Notes under the pieces: generated by a model | Seen by the model: only the letters and a program-made list of their open reading frames with translations | Told to the model about the DNA's origin: nothing | The model's database searches: none | Position numbers and translations under genes: made by a program | Assembly: GCA_043228905.1 (NCBI GenBank) | Contig: JBHGNT010001169.1 | Coordinates: 1-11,295 of the forward strand | From: Azolla caroliniana | Lineage: Eukaryota > Plantae > Polypodiophyta | Reading direction: 5' to 3' | Length of the DNA: 11,295 nt | Part shown: positions 1-9,166 of the stretch, piece by piece | Position numbering within the stretch: position 1 is the first letter of the stretch | Layout of the letters: every line of letters begins with the position of its first letter

Positions 1-2
1 AG

Positions 3-1492
3 ATGGTCGAACTACCAACAAGAAGAAAGTTGCTACCTTGCAAATGGGTGTTCCAATACAAGTACGTATCCGACTCAGAGAAACCCAAGTACAAAGCTCG
101 GCTTGTTGTGAAAGGATTCAAACAGGAATACGGGGTCGACTATGACGAGATATTCTCACCAGTAGTCAAGATGACCACCCTCCGACTCCTACTAGGAGTC
201 ATGGCGATAGAAGATCTAGAGCTCGAGCAGATGGACGTAAAGATGACATTCCTACTTTGAGATCTGGAAGAGGACATATACATGTCTCAACCGGCAGGCT
301 TCACGACGACGGGGGAGGACAGTCACCTTGTATGCAGACTAAAGAAAAGTCTATATGGCCTCAAACAAGCGCCAAGAATGTGGTACCAGAAGTTCGACTC
401 CCACATAAGGCAGCTTGGATACAACAGATCAGACTTCGACCCATGCATGTATGTTCGACAACTGGCCGACGAGTCTAGGATCTACCTGATCCTTTATGTC
501 GACGACATGTTGATTGCAGGGAGCAATCAAGCAGAGATCGGAAAGCTCAAGCGGAGCCTTCACACAAAATTCGTGATGAAGGAATTCGGACAAGCCCGAC
601 ACGTACTGGGCATGAGGATAGAGCGAAATCGGACGACCAAAACTCTTCGACTCTCCCAGTCCGACTACATCCGCAAGGTGTTAAAGCACTTCTGACACCA
701 CTTCTAGCGTCAATCAGACTATCGGATAGAGACTCTCCTGCAACGGACAAGGAGAGAGAGCTTAATGGAAAGATACCCTACGCATCGGCAGTAGGAAGTA
801 TCATGTACGCAATGGTGGTGACTCGACCCGACCTAGCCTATGCCATAGGTCTGGTCGCCCGGTACATGTCAAACCCAGGAAAGAAGCATTGGGAGGGCGT
901 CAAGCACATCCTTAGGTATCTGAAAGGAACAACGGATGCACAACTGACACTCAGTTTGACAACATCAACCGAAGTCAAAGGCTACACCGATTTCGACTAT
1001 GCTGGAAGCACGAACAATCAGAAATCGACATCAGGCTACATATTCACCTATGGTGGTGGTGCGATATCATGGAGGTTGAAACTACAAGAGTGCACAACTC
1101 TGTCTACCAAAGAAGCCGAGTACATAGCAGCAAAAGAAGCAGCAAAGGAAGCGATCTGGCTACATCGACTGTCTGTAGATTTTGGAACTACAAACCGAAT
1201 AGACCAACCAACGTCGACCATCTATTGCGACTCACAGAGTGCAATACACCTCATCAACAATCCCGTCTACCATGCAAAGACGAACCGCATTGAGTTGCGG
1301 TATCATCATATCCGGGAGCTCGTGACCGAGAAGAAACTCGAAGTCCGGAAGATCGACACCCAGGTGAACATCGTCGATTGCCTGATGAAGCCACTCCCAA
1401 ATCAACGCTTAGGAACGCTAAGGACGAAGATGGGGCTACGACAAGAGACCGAGCAGAAGAAAGCCGAACGAGGAGCAGAAGGTAAGAGCTGA
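3..1492 (+). pseudogene. pol: Disrupted copia pol (reverse transcriptase + RNase H)
   Basis: RT motifs: KWVF, KARLVVKGFKQ, QMDVK, LKKSLYGLKQAPR, LYVDDML. RNase H motifs: GYTDFDYAG, EAEYIA, IYCDSQSA, VDCLMKPL. Premature in-frame TGA at 258-260 (expected Gly of HGDLEEDIYM; the frame continues DLEEDIYM). Deletion with frameshift at ~693-694, after which TPLLASIRLSDRDSP...IPYASAVGSIM reads in the frame of ORF 803-1492. Confidence 0.95.
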
Positions 1493-1633
1493 CTGACACT
1501 CATACTATACGTCTACCGATTCGGCTACTTGCCGACAGACTTGTAACATAAGATCTAGTTAAATTTGTAATCTAGGTTTACGGGGGAGATAACCCCAAGC
1601 ACTTGTACATGCAAGAAAGAGTAGACCTTTCAC

Positions 1634-1640
1634 AGGGGAG
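1634..1640 (+). other. Polypurine tract (PPT)
   Basis: AGGGGAG lies 2 nt before the LTR start TGTTGG. Confidence 0.85.
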
Positions 1641-1642
1641 TT

Positions 1643-1941
1643 TGTTGGCATAAAAGGCCGACTCCTTCCAAATTGTATCCGTCAGTGTGAACTCATTGAA
1701 TAAGTTAGGGCTTAGTATATAAGAGAATACCTAACATTGTAATGTGTGACAAAGACAAGCAGACGATTGTAATCTCTGAGAGAGAGAAACGCGTTGTGCC
1801 GAAATATGAAGCTTTCCATTAAAGCTTGCAACGGTGTAAGTCTATACCTGCCTTCTCTATCTTCTGTGTGTATGTTGTTTGTTGTTCATAACCATAAGAT
1901 CCAAACACACACTTCCGCATAACTGTCGACATTAACCAACA
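1643..1941 (+). repeat. 3' LTR of the copia element (299 bp)
   Basis: Perfect 6-bp inverted termini TGTTGG (1643) and CCAACA (1936-1941), TATATAA at 1716-1722, position directly after the PPT. The predicted right TSD is GGTGG (1942-1946). Confidence 0.88.
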
Positions 1942-2149
1942 GGTGGAATAGTCCACCAACTCGATACATTGTAGCGAGTTTGTGCACATAGAAGCACAAA
2001 CTCGGTACATTGTATCGAGTTAGTCATTGTATCGAGATGAGGCACTAACTCGATACAATGTATCAAGTTGGGGAAAAAAGTGCACATAGTCAATACATTG
2101 TATCGAGTTGGTGCACTTTTGCACCCAACTCGATTCAATGTATCGAGTA
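1942..2149. repeat. Array of ~23-bp palindromes (consensus AACTCGATACAWTGTATCGAGTT) with 16-25 bp spacers
   Basis: Copies at 1958-1980, 1999-2021, 2047-2069, 2087-2109 (left half degenerate) and 2127-2149, plus a half copy at 2025-2036. Period 40-48 bp. Confidence 0.9.
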
Positions 2150-2474
2150 TGCTAGGCTAAAACCTAAGTTCACACATATTCAAACTAAATTCTAGTTTAT
2201 TTAGTGTATAGATGACTTATTCACCTATAAATCGTCTAATTATGTCCCAAATCATAAAATAAAAGGAGTGTTTAAAACTAAAAAAAGTTGTCCTTTAATG
2301 TGTGAAATAGTCATTGTCTACCTCTAAATGACTTGAATTCATCAAATCATTCGTCTATTTTATCTTTTTGGGATATTTTAAGCACAATTGCCCTTGTCCC
2401 TTAGAGTAACATAGAAATGTTTCCTGAATTTTTATCCTAGGTTTACAGGTAACAGAACAGAACAATGAAAATAG

Positions 2475-2944
2475 TGTTAGGTAACAGGTCCCTCCGGATG
2501 GGAAGTGAGAAGAAACTGGAAATCATGGAGATAGCCAACACGGAAGGCTAAGTTTGTAAATAGTCGAAAGGTTACATTAGTATATAAGTGCTTAGGGCAA
2601 TCATGTTAAAAATGTGCATTATTGTAAAGTTACTGTTGACGAGGTTGTTGCCTCTGTAACTGTGAGAGTGAACGAGTGTGAGTGGAAGCGTGTGAGCTCC
2701 ATAGCCACATGTTGGCGAAGCAGGATCTCGAGGTCGTTGCCTCTGAGATCTCTGATTGTATTCCTTTCTCTCATAATGTTCTGTTTCGGATTTTGTGGAC
2801 TCCACGTGGTTTTTTCCCAATTCGGGTTTCCACGTTAAAATCTGTGTCATTCTCAGTTTCTGTATTCTGTTTTTCCTTTCCATTAGATTGACTATTATTC
2901 TGCACATGTAAAACCGGTTGTGGCCAGCAACGATTTTAACTTCA
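2475..2944 (+). mobile_element. Solo LTR (470 bp), copia-like, with 5-bp TSD AATAG
   Basis: Starts TGTTAG and ends TTCA. AATAG at both 2470-2474 and 2945-2949. TATATAA at 2581-2587. The segment CCACGTGGTTTTTTCCC...GGGTTTCCACGTTAAAATCTGTGTC resembles copia U5 regions. No adjacent PBS or PPT. Confidence 0.78.
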
Positions 2945-3650
2945 AATAGTGGGTGCAGTAGGAGGGGAGACATTAGCTGACAAAGACATGACTAACTACA
3001 AGTGGGCAATGCAATATGTCGGCTCGAATAAGAATATGGTCCTCTTAACAACTCGTAATAAGGGACATCGAAAACTAGGGAAGGAGTGCCCCTTCAGTTA
3101 TGGTCGAATCTTAAGATTGGACTACGAGTACCCCAACTCCCAAATTTTAATTCTTTTACTAGATTGCTCAAAGCGAGTTCGAAAAATGTTTGTGTCCGAA
3201 GACCGGCTAGTAAAGATTCATGTGGTCCCAAATCTTTCAAGGTGGCCATTTAGACAACCAATAACTTGATAACTACCCTGTGTACATATTGGGCCATGTG
3301 TCATTAAAGGCGGCTTCTCCACCTCCCATAAAAGTAGCACACAAACTCGAGGTCTGCTAAGAGGAAAGTGACAAAAAATGACTGAATCAAAGTCCTCGAG
3401 TTCAACAGACGATGAAGACGATCGAACAACACTAGGGGCAGAGTTGTCATCCGGTGTGCTTTCCACCAAGCCAAACAAAATTAAAAGAGAGATCATTCAT
3501 AAAAAGCTCATGCGGGAAGACCAAGTTTTCAACCTCACCATCACTCACATTCATCGCCCACCTGTCGATGAAAAGACTGGATGTCGAAGTGGCAATGGCC
3601 GAAAAATAGAGTAGAACTGACTGGTCTTTTTGAAGTTATGCCTTACCGAG

Positions 3651-3858
3651 TTGAGCATAGACTATGCCAATTGGGTTGTCGATCCTGCTCGGAGTGGCTA
3701 CGACAAAGAAAATGGTAGAGCCGATTGGTCTGCCCGACTTTTGCCTAGTCAAATTGAGCACGGATTGTGCCGTCTAATTGTGCCATCTGATTAAGGATTC
3801 CACTCTAAGTGACTACGACCAAGGGAGAGGGTAAGCCTAATTGAAATGTGGTCTAGTC
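3651..3858. repeat. Degenerate tandem duplication, two copies of ~100-105 bp
   Basis: Collinear anchors: TTGAGCA (3651, 3754), CTACGAC (3698, 3813), CTAGTC (3745, 3853). Confidence 0.6.
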
Positions 3859-4053
3859 GGATAGAGTGTGAATTGAAAAAGTGCTTATTCTTCTCACAAA
3901 ATGTTAATCTATAGTTGTCAATTAGAAGATTTGTCCGACAGAAATCTTGGAAAATCTCTTCAATATGTTTTTAGAAATCTTGAAGTCTTCAATGGTTAGG
4001 ACAGAGGTGTTGGTGATGGAGCTGAGACAACCGACAATGGAAAACAACCTCAA

Positions 4054-4065
4054 GCCTTGATACCA
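4054..4065 (-). other. Primer-binding site, tRNA-iMet type
   Basis: The minus strand reads ...CCCACA-TT-TGGTATCAAGGC, against the canonical TGGTATCAGAGC. Confidence 0.75.
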
Positions 4066-4067
4066 AA

Positions 4068-4430
4068 TGTGGGAAATGGTCGTTAGTGAAGGTAGACAGA
4101 ACCAACATCATCATGTTAAGAGCATCAAGATGATAAACATAAGGCAAGATGAACAATGAGAAACTGAGACAACTTAACAAGATCAACAAGAAAGGACAGA
4201 GTCAGAGAGATCTAGAAAGACACACAAATATGTAACTATATTATTCAAAATAAGTTACAATAGAAAGAATGGCGGCATCAACATCATCTACAAACTAGGT
4301 TACAAAGTTGGTTATATACTAACCAAACTAGGGCAATTGCCCTTTATGTTATTTACATAAATAACCTATCCTAGTTTGTCTAAATGGGTAAATGTGAATA
4401 GGGCCATTATATATACCCGTATTCGACACA
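4068..4430 (-). mobile_element. 5' LTR (~363 bp) of a minus-strand LTR element; internal region runs toward lower coordinates; no partner LTR seen
   Basis: CA end next to the PBS. Imperfect inverted termini TGTGGGAAAT / ATTCGACACA. Minus-strand TTAGTATATAA at 4312-4322. The outer boundary could be 4428 or 4430. Confidence 0.68.
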
Positions 4431-5227
4431 AATGACCTTCCATGATTTTGGTATGAAATAGAAAAAGACTTAGAAATCTTATTTTTGTTGAGGATTTTGT
4501 TGATTTTTGAATGTTTCAATCATAGTTTCAATTTGGTTTGTTGTAATTTTCATGAAACAATGTAACTTTTTTGAACAAGATTTTGATCTCGATGAAAAAG
4601 AGGACTTATCGGGCGTGCTAGTGTTAATGTTTGTGTTAGAGAATGTGACTTTGGGCTTAGACTCTCTCAATGGTGATCTCTTTTTATGAAAGATTGAGCT
4701 TCTCATGTGATTTCGTCATGCCTCGTCAAGAGTAATGTACCCGTCTCTGGATATGGTGGCATCCATAACGGCTTTTGCACACATTTCCAGATCCATTGCT
4801 TCCGAAGAAACTTAGATCACCACACCTACAATGCACGCAAACCTAGTTCAGATCAGAACCATATGGTTTTGGTTGAGTAGAAGCGGAAGCAACATCAGGT
4901 TCAAATTCCGTTGTCGTGAAGATTTTCGTCAACGGTGTGAAAATTGTGTGCAACAAACGAAATCAAGAAGGTGCAATGTGCACGTGAGAAAGGGGTGAAG
5001 GCCACACACATATGCTAGCATGTTGTAAATAGGACTGAAATGAGAATCGTAAAAGAAAAGCTAGATGTAAAGTTAAACATCTGCGCGTGTGATGTGCGCT
5101 CAATTGTAAATATAAAAATAAGACTAAAGCCTAGTAACATTTAGGTGCATACATAGGGGTGGTAACAATGCTTGAACCTTCCACTCCAAGATAGGAGACA
5201 AATATTTTCTTTTCATATTCAGTATTT

Positions 5228-5505
5228 TGTAGGAAGCAAACATATAAAAACCGTTGTTTTAGCCGATGGTTTAAGGCCATGGTTTTCTCATGGAGAGACC
5301 TATAAAAGCCTATAGTTGGGATTGTGTAAGGAGGCTAGTGATGTAAGTAAAAAAGAAACTTTTAATCAAAGATCTGAGTTATCCTAATGGTGATGTATCT
5401 TGTCTCGTAAAACTAAAGTGAAGTGTTCAATCTCTATCTCAATCTCTCTCTCTCTTCATCAATCTATCTATCTTCAATACTTTCTCGCATACGCTGCTAA
5501 AAACA
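5228..5505 (+). repeat. Possible LTR fragment
   Basis: CCTATAAAAG at 5299-5308, then a CT-rich tract, ending AAAACA just before an abrupt switch to GC-richer sequence. No TSD, PBS or PPT found, and the left boundary is uncertain. Confidence 0.3.
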
Positions 5506-6064
5506 TTGAATCCTTCCGGTCCAGGACCCCGGTGGTCTCGCTTCATTTCGTGAACATGCGAGGATTTCCTCGACACCGTCCCCTTCTTTCTCATCATCAA
5601 ATCCCTGTATAACAAAGGAAGGGACACACAAATAGGCCCAGGCCATGGTGAAGGAAGAGGCCTTGATCCTAGCCATCGAGATCGTCCCCAATGGCTCCAT
5701 GAGCTTCTTGCGGACTTCCGCCATCTCAAGTCTCAACATTCCTGACGATGACCCCGGAACCCAACGATCATTGCTGATAATACGGGTGATAATTTTGGTG
5801 ACATTGCAAGGATGGGCTCAGATTTTTGCCCTGCACTATCTCCATGACCTTCTTCAAGTTGATCTGCTACTACTCCCAATATTGCTACTGTATCAGAATG
5901 GCCCTTGTGCGTGAATTAAGGGTTCCTTGAGTTAGAGAAGGTTCCTCCCTTCCTTCTTGATGAAGAGATTAGCGCCGCCGCCGCATGAGTATAAGTACCG
6001 ATATGATAATAAGCTCACAAAGGAAGACACAAACAAAGGAAAGAAAAAACAAAACAAGAAAAGA

Positions 6065-6318
6065 AGGGCATGACACTAAAAATGACAAGGGCATTGTGAA
6101 GGATTTCAAAAGCTCAAGGGCATGCGACAAAATTTCAAAAAATCGGAGGGTAGAAGAGGAAATTTCTAAAACTCAAGGGCATGCGACAAAATTTCAAAAA
6201 ACCGGAGGGTAGAAGAGGAAATTTCTAAACCTCAAGGGCAAAAAATAAAATTTTAAAAATATGAGGGGTATAACATAGAATTTCGAAAACGCAAGGGTAC
6301 AAAAACTCATCACTACTC
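6065..6318. mobile_element. Mutator-like (MULE) terminal repeat arm made of ~29.5-bp subrepeats
   Basis: AGGG cores at 6088, 6117, 6147, 6176, 6206, 6235, 6264 and 6294, mostly separated by ATTTC.AAA-like segments. Near-perfect 59-bp dimer at 6113-6171 / 6172-6230. The minus strand starts GAGTAGTGATGAGTTTTTGTACCCT, resembling MULE TIR starts. The repeat is certain; the MULE assignment is inference, and the second TIR was not found. Confidence 0.6.
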
Positions 6319-6336
6319 ACACCAAGGAAGAAAAAC

Positions 6337-6341
6337 ATATA

Positions 6342-6377
<36 letters not shown>

Positions 6378-6385
6378 TGTATGTA
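6337..6385. repeat. Compound microsatellite (AT)7(GTAT)8.75
   Basis: Read directly from the sequence. Confidence 0.97.
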
Positions 6386-6463
6386 CATATATACAGGTCC
6401 CACATACACCCAAAATCATTATTAAACCTAAACGACTTTTACCAGAGTGGATAAGCCGATTGG

Positions 6464-7013
6464 TGTGCAATATGCTTACCGAACGAGAAGGTTCATATCA
6501 AGCCAACTCCGATCGAAGTTATCTATCATAGAGCAGTAATTCAGTCGAGGGATTTCCGGCCGTGAGAGAAGAGAAGATCGACGAAGTTCTGGTCAACAAG
6601 AGTTTTTGGCATGGGCGTGTGGGTTCAACAGGTGTGCCAAGTGTCCCGTAGGCACTGTCCCACAAGCGTGCCAAGTGTTACTCGTATAGGTGTACATGAG
6701 GGTTAAGGCGTAATGTGTATTGTGTGTAATGTGTAATATGAATGAGTGTGTGAGGATGAGTATGTGTATGAACATATGCACATTTGTGTGCATGTGTACA
6801 AAGGTGAGAAGTGGGTAAGTAATGTAACTCCCTACCTGTCTCATTCTTTATTTGTAACGGTTACCTCTTGTACAATATAAACGTCACTCTTGGGGCATAA
6901 TGATATAGCTTTTTCCCCTCTCATTTTGGTGTCAATTCTTATTTTCATTCTCCTTCTTTGTATCACTATTGTAACCCCCTTGGGAGGGGGGTGAAGCCTT
7001 CTACCCATTAACA
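6464..7013 (+). repeat. Possible LTR-like remnant
   Basis: Duplicated GTGCCAAGTGT, a TG-rich block, a TATA-like AATATAAA (~6875), a pyrimidine-rich tail and an end at TTAACA. No TSD found; boundaries are tentative. Confidence 0.25.
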
Positions 7014-7300
7014 CTTAATAGAATAGCAAACTTAAGTGGACACGTACTTAACCAAATGGTTACTGTACCAACATGATTTGGATTTAGGCCCTTGACGCAT
7101 TAAAATTAGGTATAAAATTGGTTCATAATGCTATTCCTATAACACTAAACTAAGGAGAGACAACTCGAAGAAATAGATATCTTTAATTGTAATTACTTCT
7201 TTATTTATAAAAGAAAATAGAATTGGGTTCTGTCATGTGTGTATATATCAATTAACATCATATTTCTAATCTAATCTTTTTTTTCTCATTGATTTCTATC

Positions 7301-7529
7301 ATGTTTGTAGATGATATATTGATTTGGGGAAGACAAAGAGTGATAACATGTTCTAGAAAGGACAACTAAGTTTAAGGATTTGGAAATAAGAAGCCATATC
7401 CTAGGGATGTGAATCGCAAAGACGAAAAATGGAGAGGATTCATCTACCTTAAGGTGAATATATCATGAAGATGCTTGAGAGCTCCATATGGATGGAGAAA
7501 AACCGCTCAATATGACACTAGTAGCATAG
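7301..7529 (+). pseudogene. Highly degenerate copia RT fragment
   Basis: Across frameshifts it reads MFVDDILIWG / FKDLEIRSHILGM*I / RIHLP*GEYIMKMLES / HMDGEKPLNMTLVA. This is collinear with copia LYVDDMLIAG...MKDLG..KHILGMRI...LSQ.EYI.KVLERF.M..AKPV.TPL. Confidence 0.8.
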
Positions 7530-8080
7530 CTAATATTGACATTGCTCGAGTAATAAACTGTAAATCCACAACTCCTCAAGGAACCCATCGGTATGAGACA
7601 TAAACATTGTTGTAATAGTAAATCTTCTTAATATGGAATGTTTGCGAAACAAGATGGTGGTAATAGCTTAACAATGTCTTGTTTCCAATATAAAATATAT
7701 TTTTATCTTCCATTCATTACATGGTTAGGACCTCCTTATGTTGTTGAATGATGGAATTGAAAAATTATTGTAAACTGTGACTAAAAACATAATACTCTAG
7801 TGTAGTAAAATGGCCCAAAAGATAGTTATGATGTGATGATATTAGGTTTAGGGTTTTCATGTATCTTGTGACAAAAAATGCACATTGTTTTATGCTTGCT
7901 TTGTAATTGTAGGTGTAGAATAATAGTAACAATTTTAATTCTTCCCAATTTACGCAATCTTCTCTTATAGGTTTTTTAGACACAGAAAGGTTGGTGTAAG
8001 TATAGTGGTTAGTATTGTCCTTAATTTAAAATATTATTTCTGTTTCTTTTGAATAATAATATATACTACTAGTTTGAATA

Positions 8081-8440
8081 CAGGAATGGGAAATGGTTCG
8101 GTTTCGGCTTAACCGGTTTGGGAGTTTCCAAATTTGAATAGTTTAGGAACCAGTTTAGCCAAGCCAATTAAGCCTTAACCAGTTTGGCCCAAATTGGTTC
8201 GGTTTCGGCTTAACCGGTTTGGGAGTTTCCAAACTTGAATAGTTTAGGAACCGGTTTAGCCTAGCCGATTAAGCCTTAACCAGTTTGGCCCAAATTGGTT
8301 CGTTCGGCTTGAGCCATCCCAAACCGAGCTCGAATGAGTTAAGGAACCTCAAGCCTAAACCAAATCGCCAAATTGCCAAACGATTTAAAAATTGTTTAAC
8401 GGTTCGGTTTAGGCTTGAGTTTAACCATTATCGATTCCTA
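8081..8440. mobile_element. Non-autonomous hAT-type element / MITE (360 bp)
   Basis: TIRs CAGGAATGGGAAATGGTT (8081-8098) and AACCATTATCGATTCCTA (8423-8440) match at 14/18. 8-bp TSD TTTGAATA (8073-8080) / TTTGAATC (8441-8448). Interior rich in AACCG/CGGTT motifs. Confidence 0.85.
8094..8310. repeat. 101-bp tandem duplication inside the MITE
   Basis: 8094-8194 and 8195-8295 differ at 4 positions; a partial third copy starts at 8296. Confidence 0.95.
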
Positions 8441-8553
8441 TTTGAATCCAAGAAACAAAAGCAAACAAAAACAATGTTAACATGTACAAAAAATTCCATC
8501 GCCAGGTTCTTGTTCTTTGTATGAGGATCCACTCGTTTGCATGAGTCTCCGCT

Positions 8554-8769
8554 TTATGTAATAAATGAATGGAGAGATGAAAAGGAATTCTCTAAAGAGC
8601 CCTCTAATGGAGGTGGATTATGTTCATTCTTATACATATTTTCTCTTTCATCATCTTGAATTTCCTTAGTATCATGGGGTACCGAAATATCTCCTAATAC
8701 AACTAATTTTGTTGAATGTCCTTCAAGCATGGAGCTCCCTTCAAGTCGTTCTGTGTTTAGTCGATATTT
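8554..8769 (-). CDS. GARP transcription factor, last coding exon
   Basis: AG acceptor at 8771-8770. Begins KYRLNT, completing SHLQKYR. Contains LVVLGDISVP (compare HHO-family VVVGGIWVP). Ends ENSFSSLHSFIT with TAA at 8556-8554; 216 nt. Confidence 0.9.
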   Translation of the reverse strand, partial: KYRLNTERLEGSSMLEGHSTKLVVLGDISVPHDTKEIQDDERENMYKNEHNPPPLEGSLENSFSSLHSFIT

Positions 8770-8959
8770 CTACACAAATAACCTCATTATATGTTGTAAC
8801 ACAAACATAAACATACACACATATACATACATGCATCCACATATATGTATGCATGATGTGACACATTCACATATAAACATGCATACATACATACATACAT
8901 GTGATGATTAGATTTGAATTTTTGCAATAGTAATGCAAAAGGTATGTTTTCTTTCTTAC

Positions 8960-9036
8960 CTGCAAATGACTCTTGACTTCATCGTTTGTCAACCCATCTA
9001 CATCCATTAGTTGTCGAATTAGTTTTGGAGTAGCAA
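8960..9036 (-). CDS. GARP transcription factor, 77-nt exon
   Basis: AG acceptor at 9038-9037. Encodes (V)[25 protein letters not shown]. Donor CAG|GTAAG at 8960/8959. Splice phase is consistent with the neighbouring exons. Confidence 0.95.
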
Positions 9037-9166
9037 CTACCATAAACCCATAAACTGTTTGAGTAATAATTACTTAACTTGTGTATAAAACAAATATAGA
9101 ATAAAGAATTAGTATGACATATGTATGTGGTATGTATTTGTACACGATTGTGATATGTATCTATAC

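Larger units (their letters stand above)
1..1941 (+). mobile_element. Ty1/copia LTR retrotransposon, 3' part (RT, RNase H, PPT, 3' LTR); continues upstream of the window
   Basis: Copia RT followed directly by RNase H, then a purine tract and a TGTTGG...CCAACA-bounded LTR. Confidence 0.95.

Noticed and set aside
1582-1590. Alternative PPT GGGGGAGAT
   Set aside because: It is not followed by a TG LTR start. The tract at 1634-1640 abuts TGTTGG, which has a matching CCAACA end.
1958-2149. CRISPR array
   Set aside because: The context is a eukaryotic intron-containing locus with no cas genes. Spacers are short (17-25 bp), related to each other (GTGCAC) and self-complementary, and the repeats are degenerate.
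2141-2156. Helitron 3' end (hairpin + CTAG)
   Set aside because: CTAG is not followed by T, and the palindrome is too close to it and is part of an array.
3218-3614. ORFs of 92 aa and 78 aa as genes, or a gag zinc knuckle (CLNGHLERF)
   Set aside because: No complete CCHC pattern or recognisable domain, and they lie inside TE-derived sequence.
5985-6844. Short ORFs over the repeat arm, microsatellite and TG-rich block
   Set aside because: They are low-complexity translations of repeats.
6975-6990. Hairpin CCCCCT-TGGG-AGGGGG as a terminator
   Set aside because: The stem is only 6 bp, there is no U-tract, and the context is eukaryotic.
8979-9166. C-terminal part of the 223-aa ORF (GIDTYHNRV...)
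   Set aside because: This is intron read-through. The GARP domain continues in another frame via the exon at 8960-9036.
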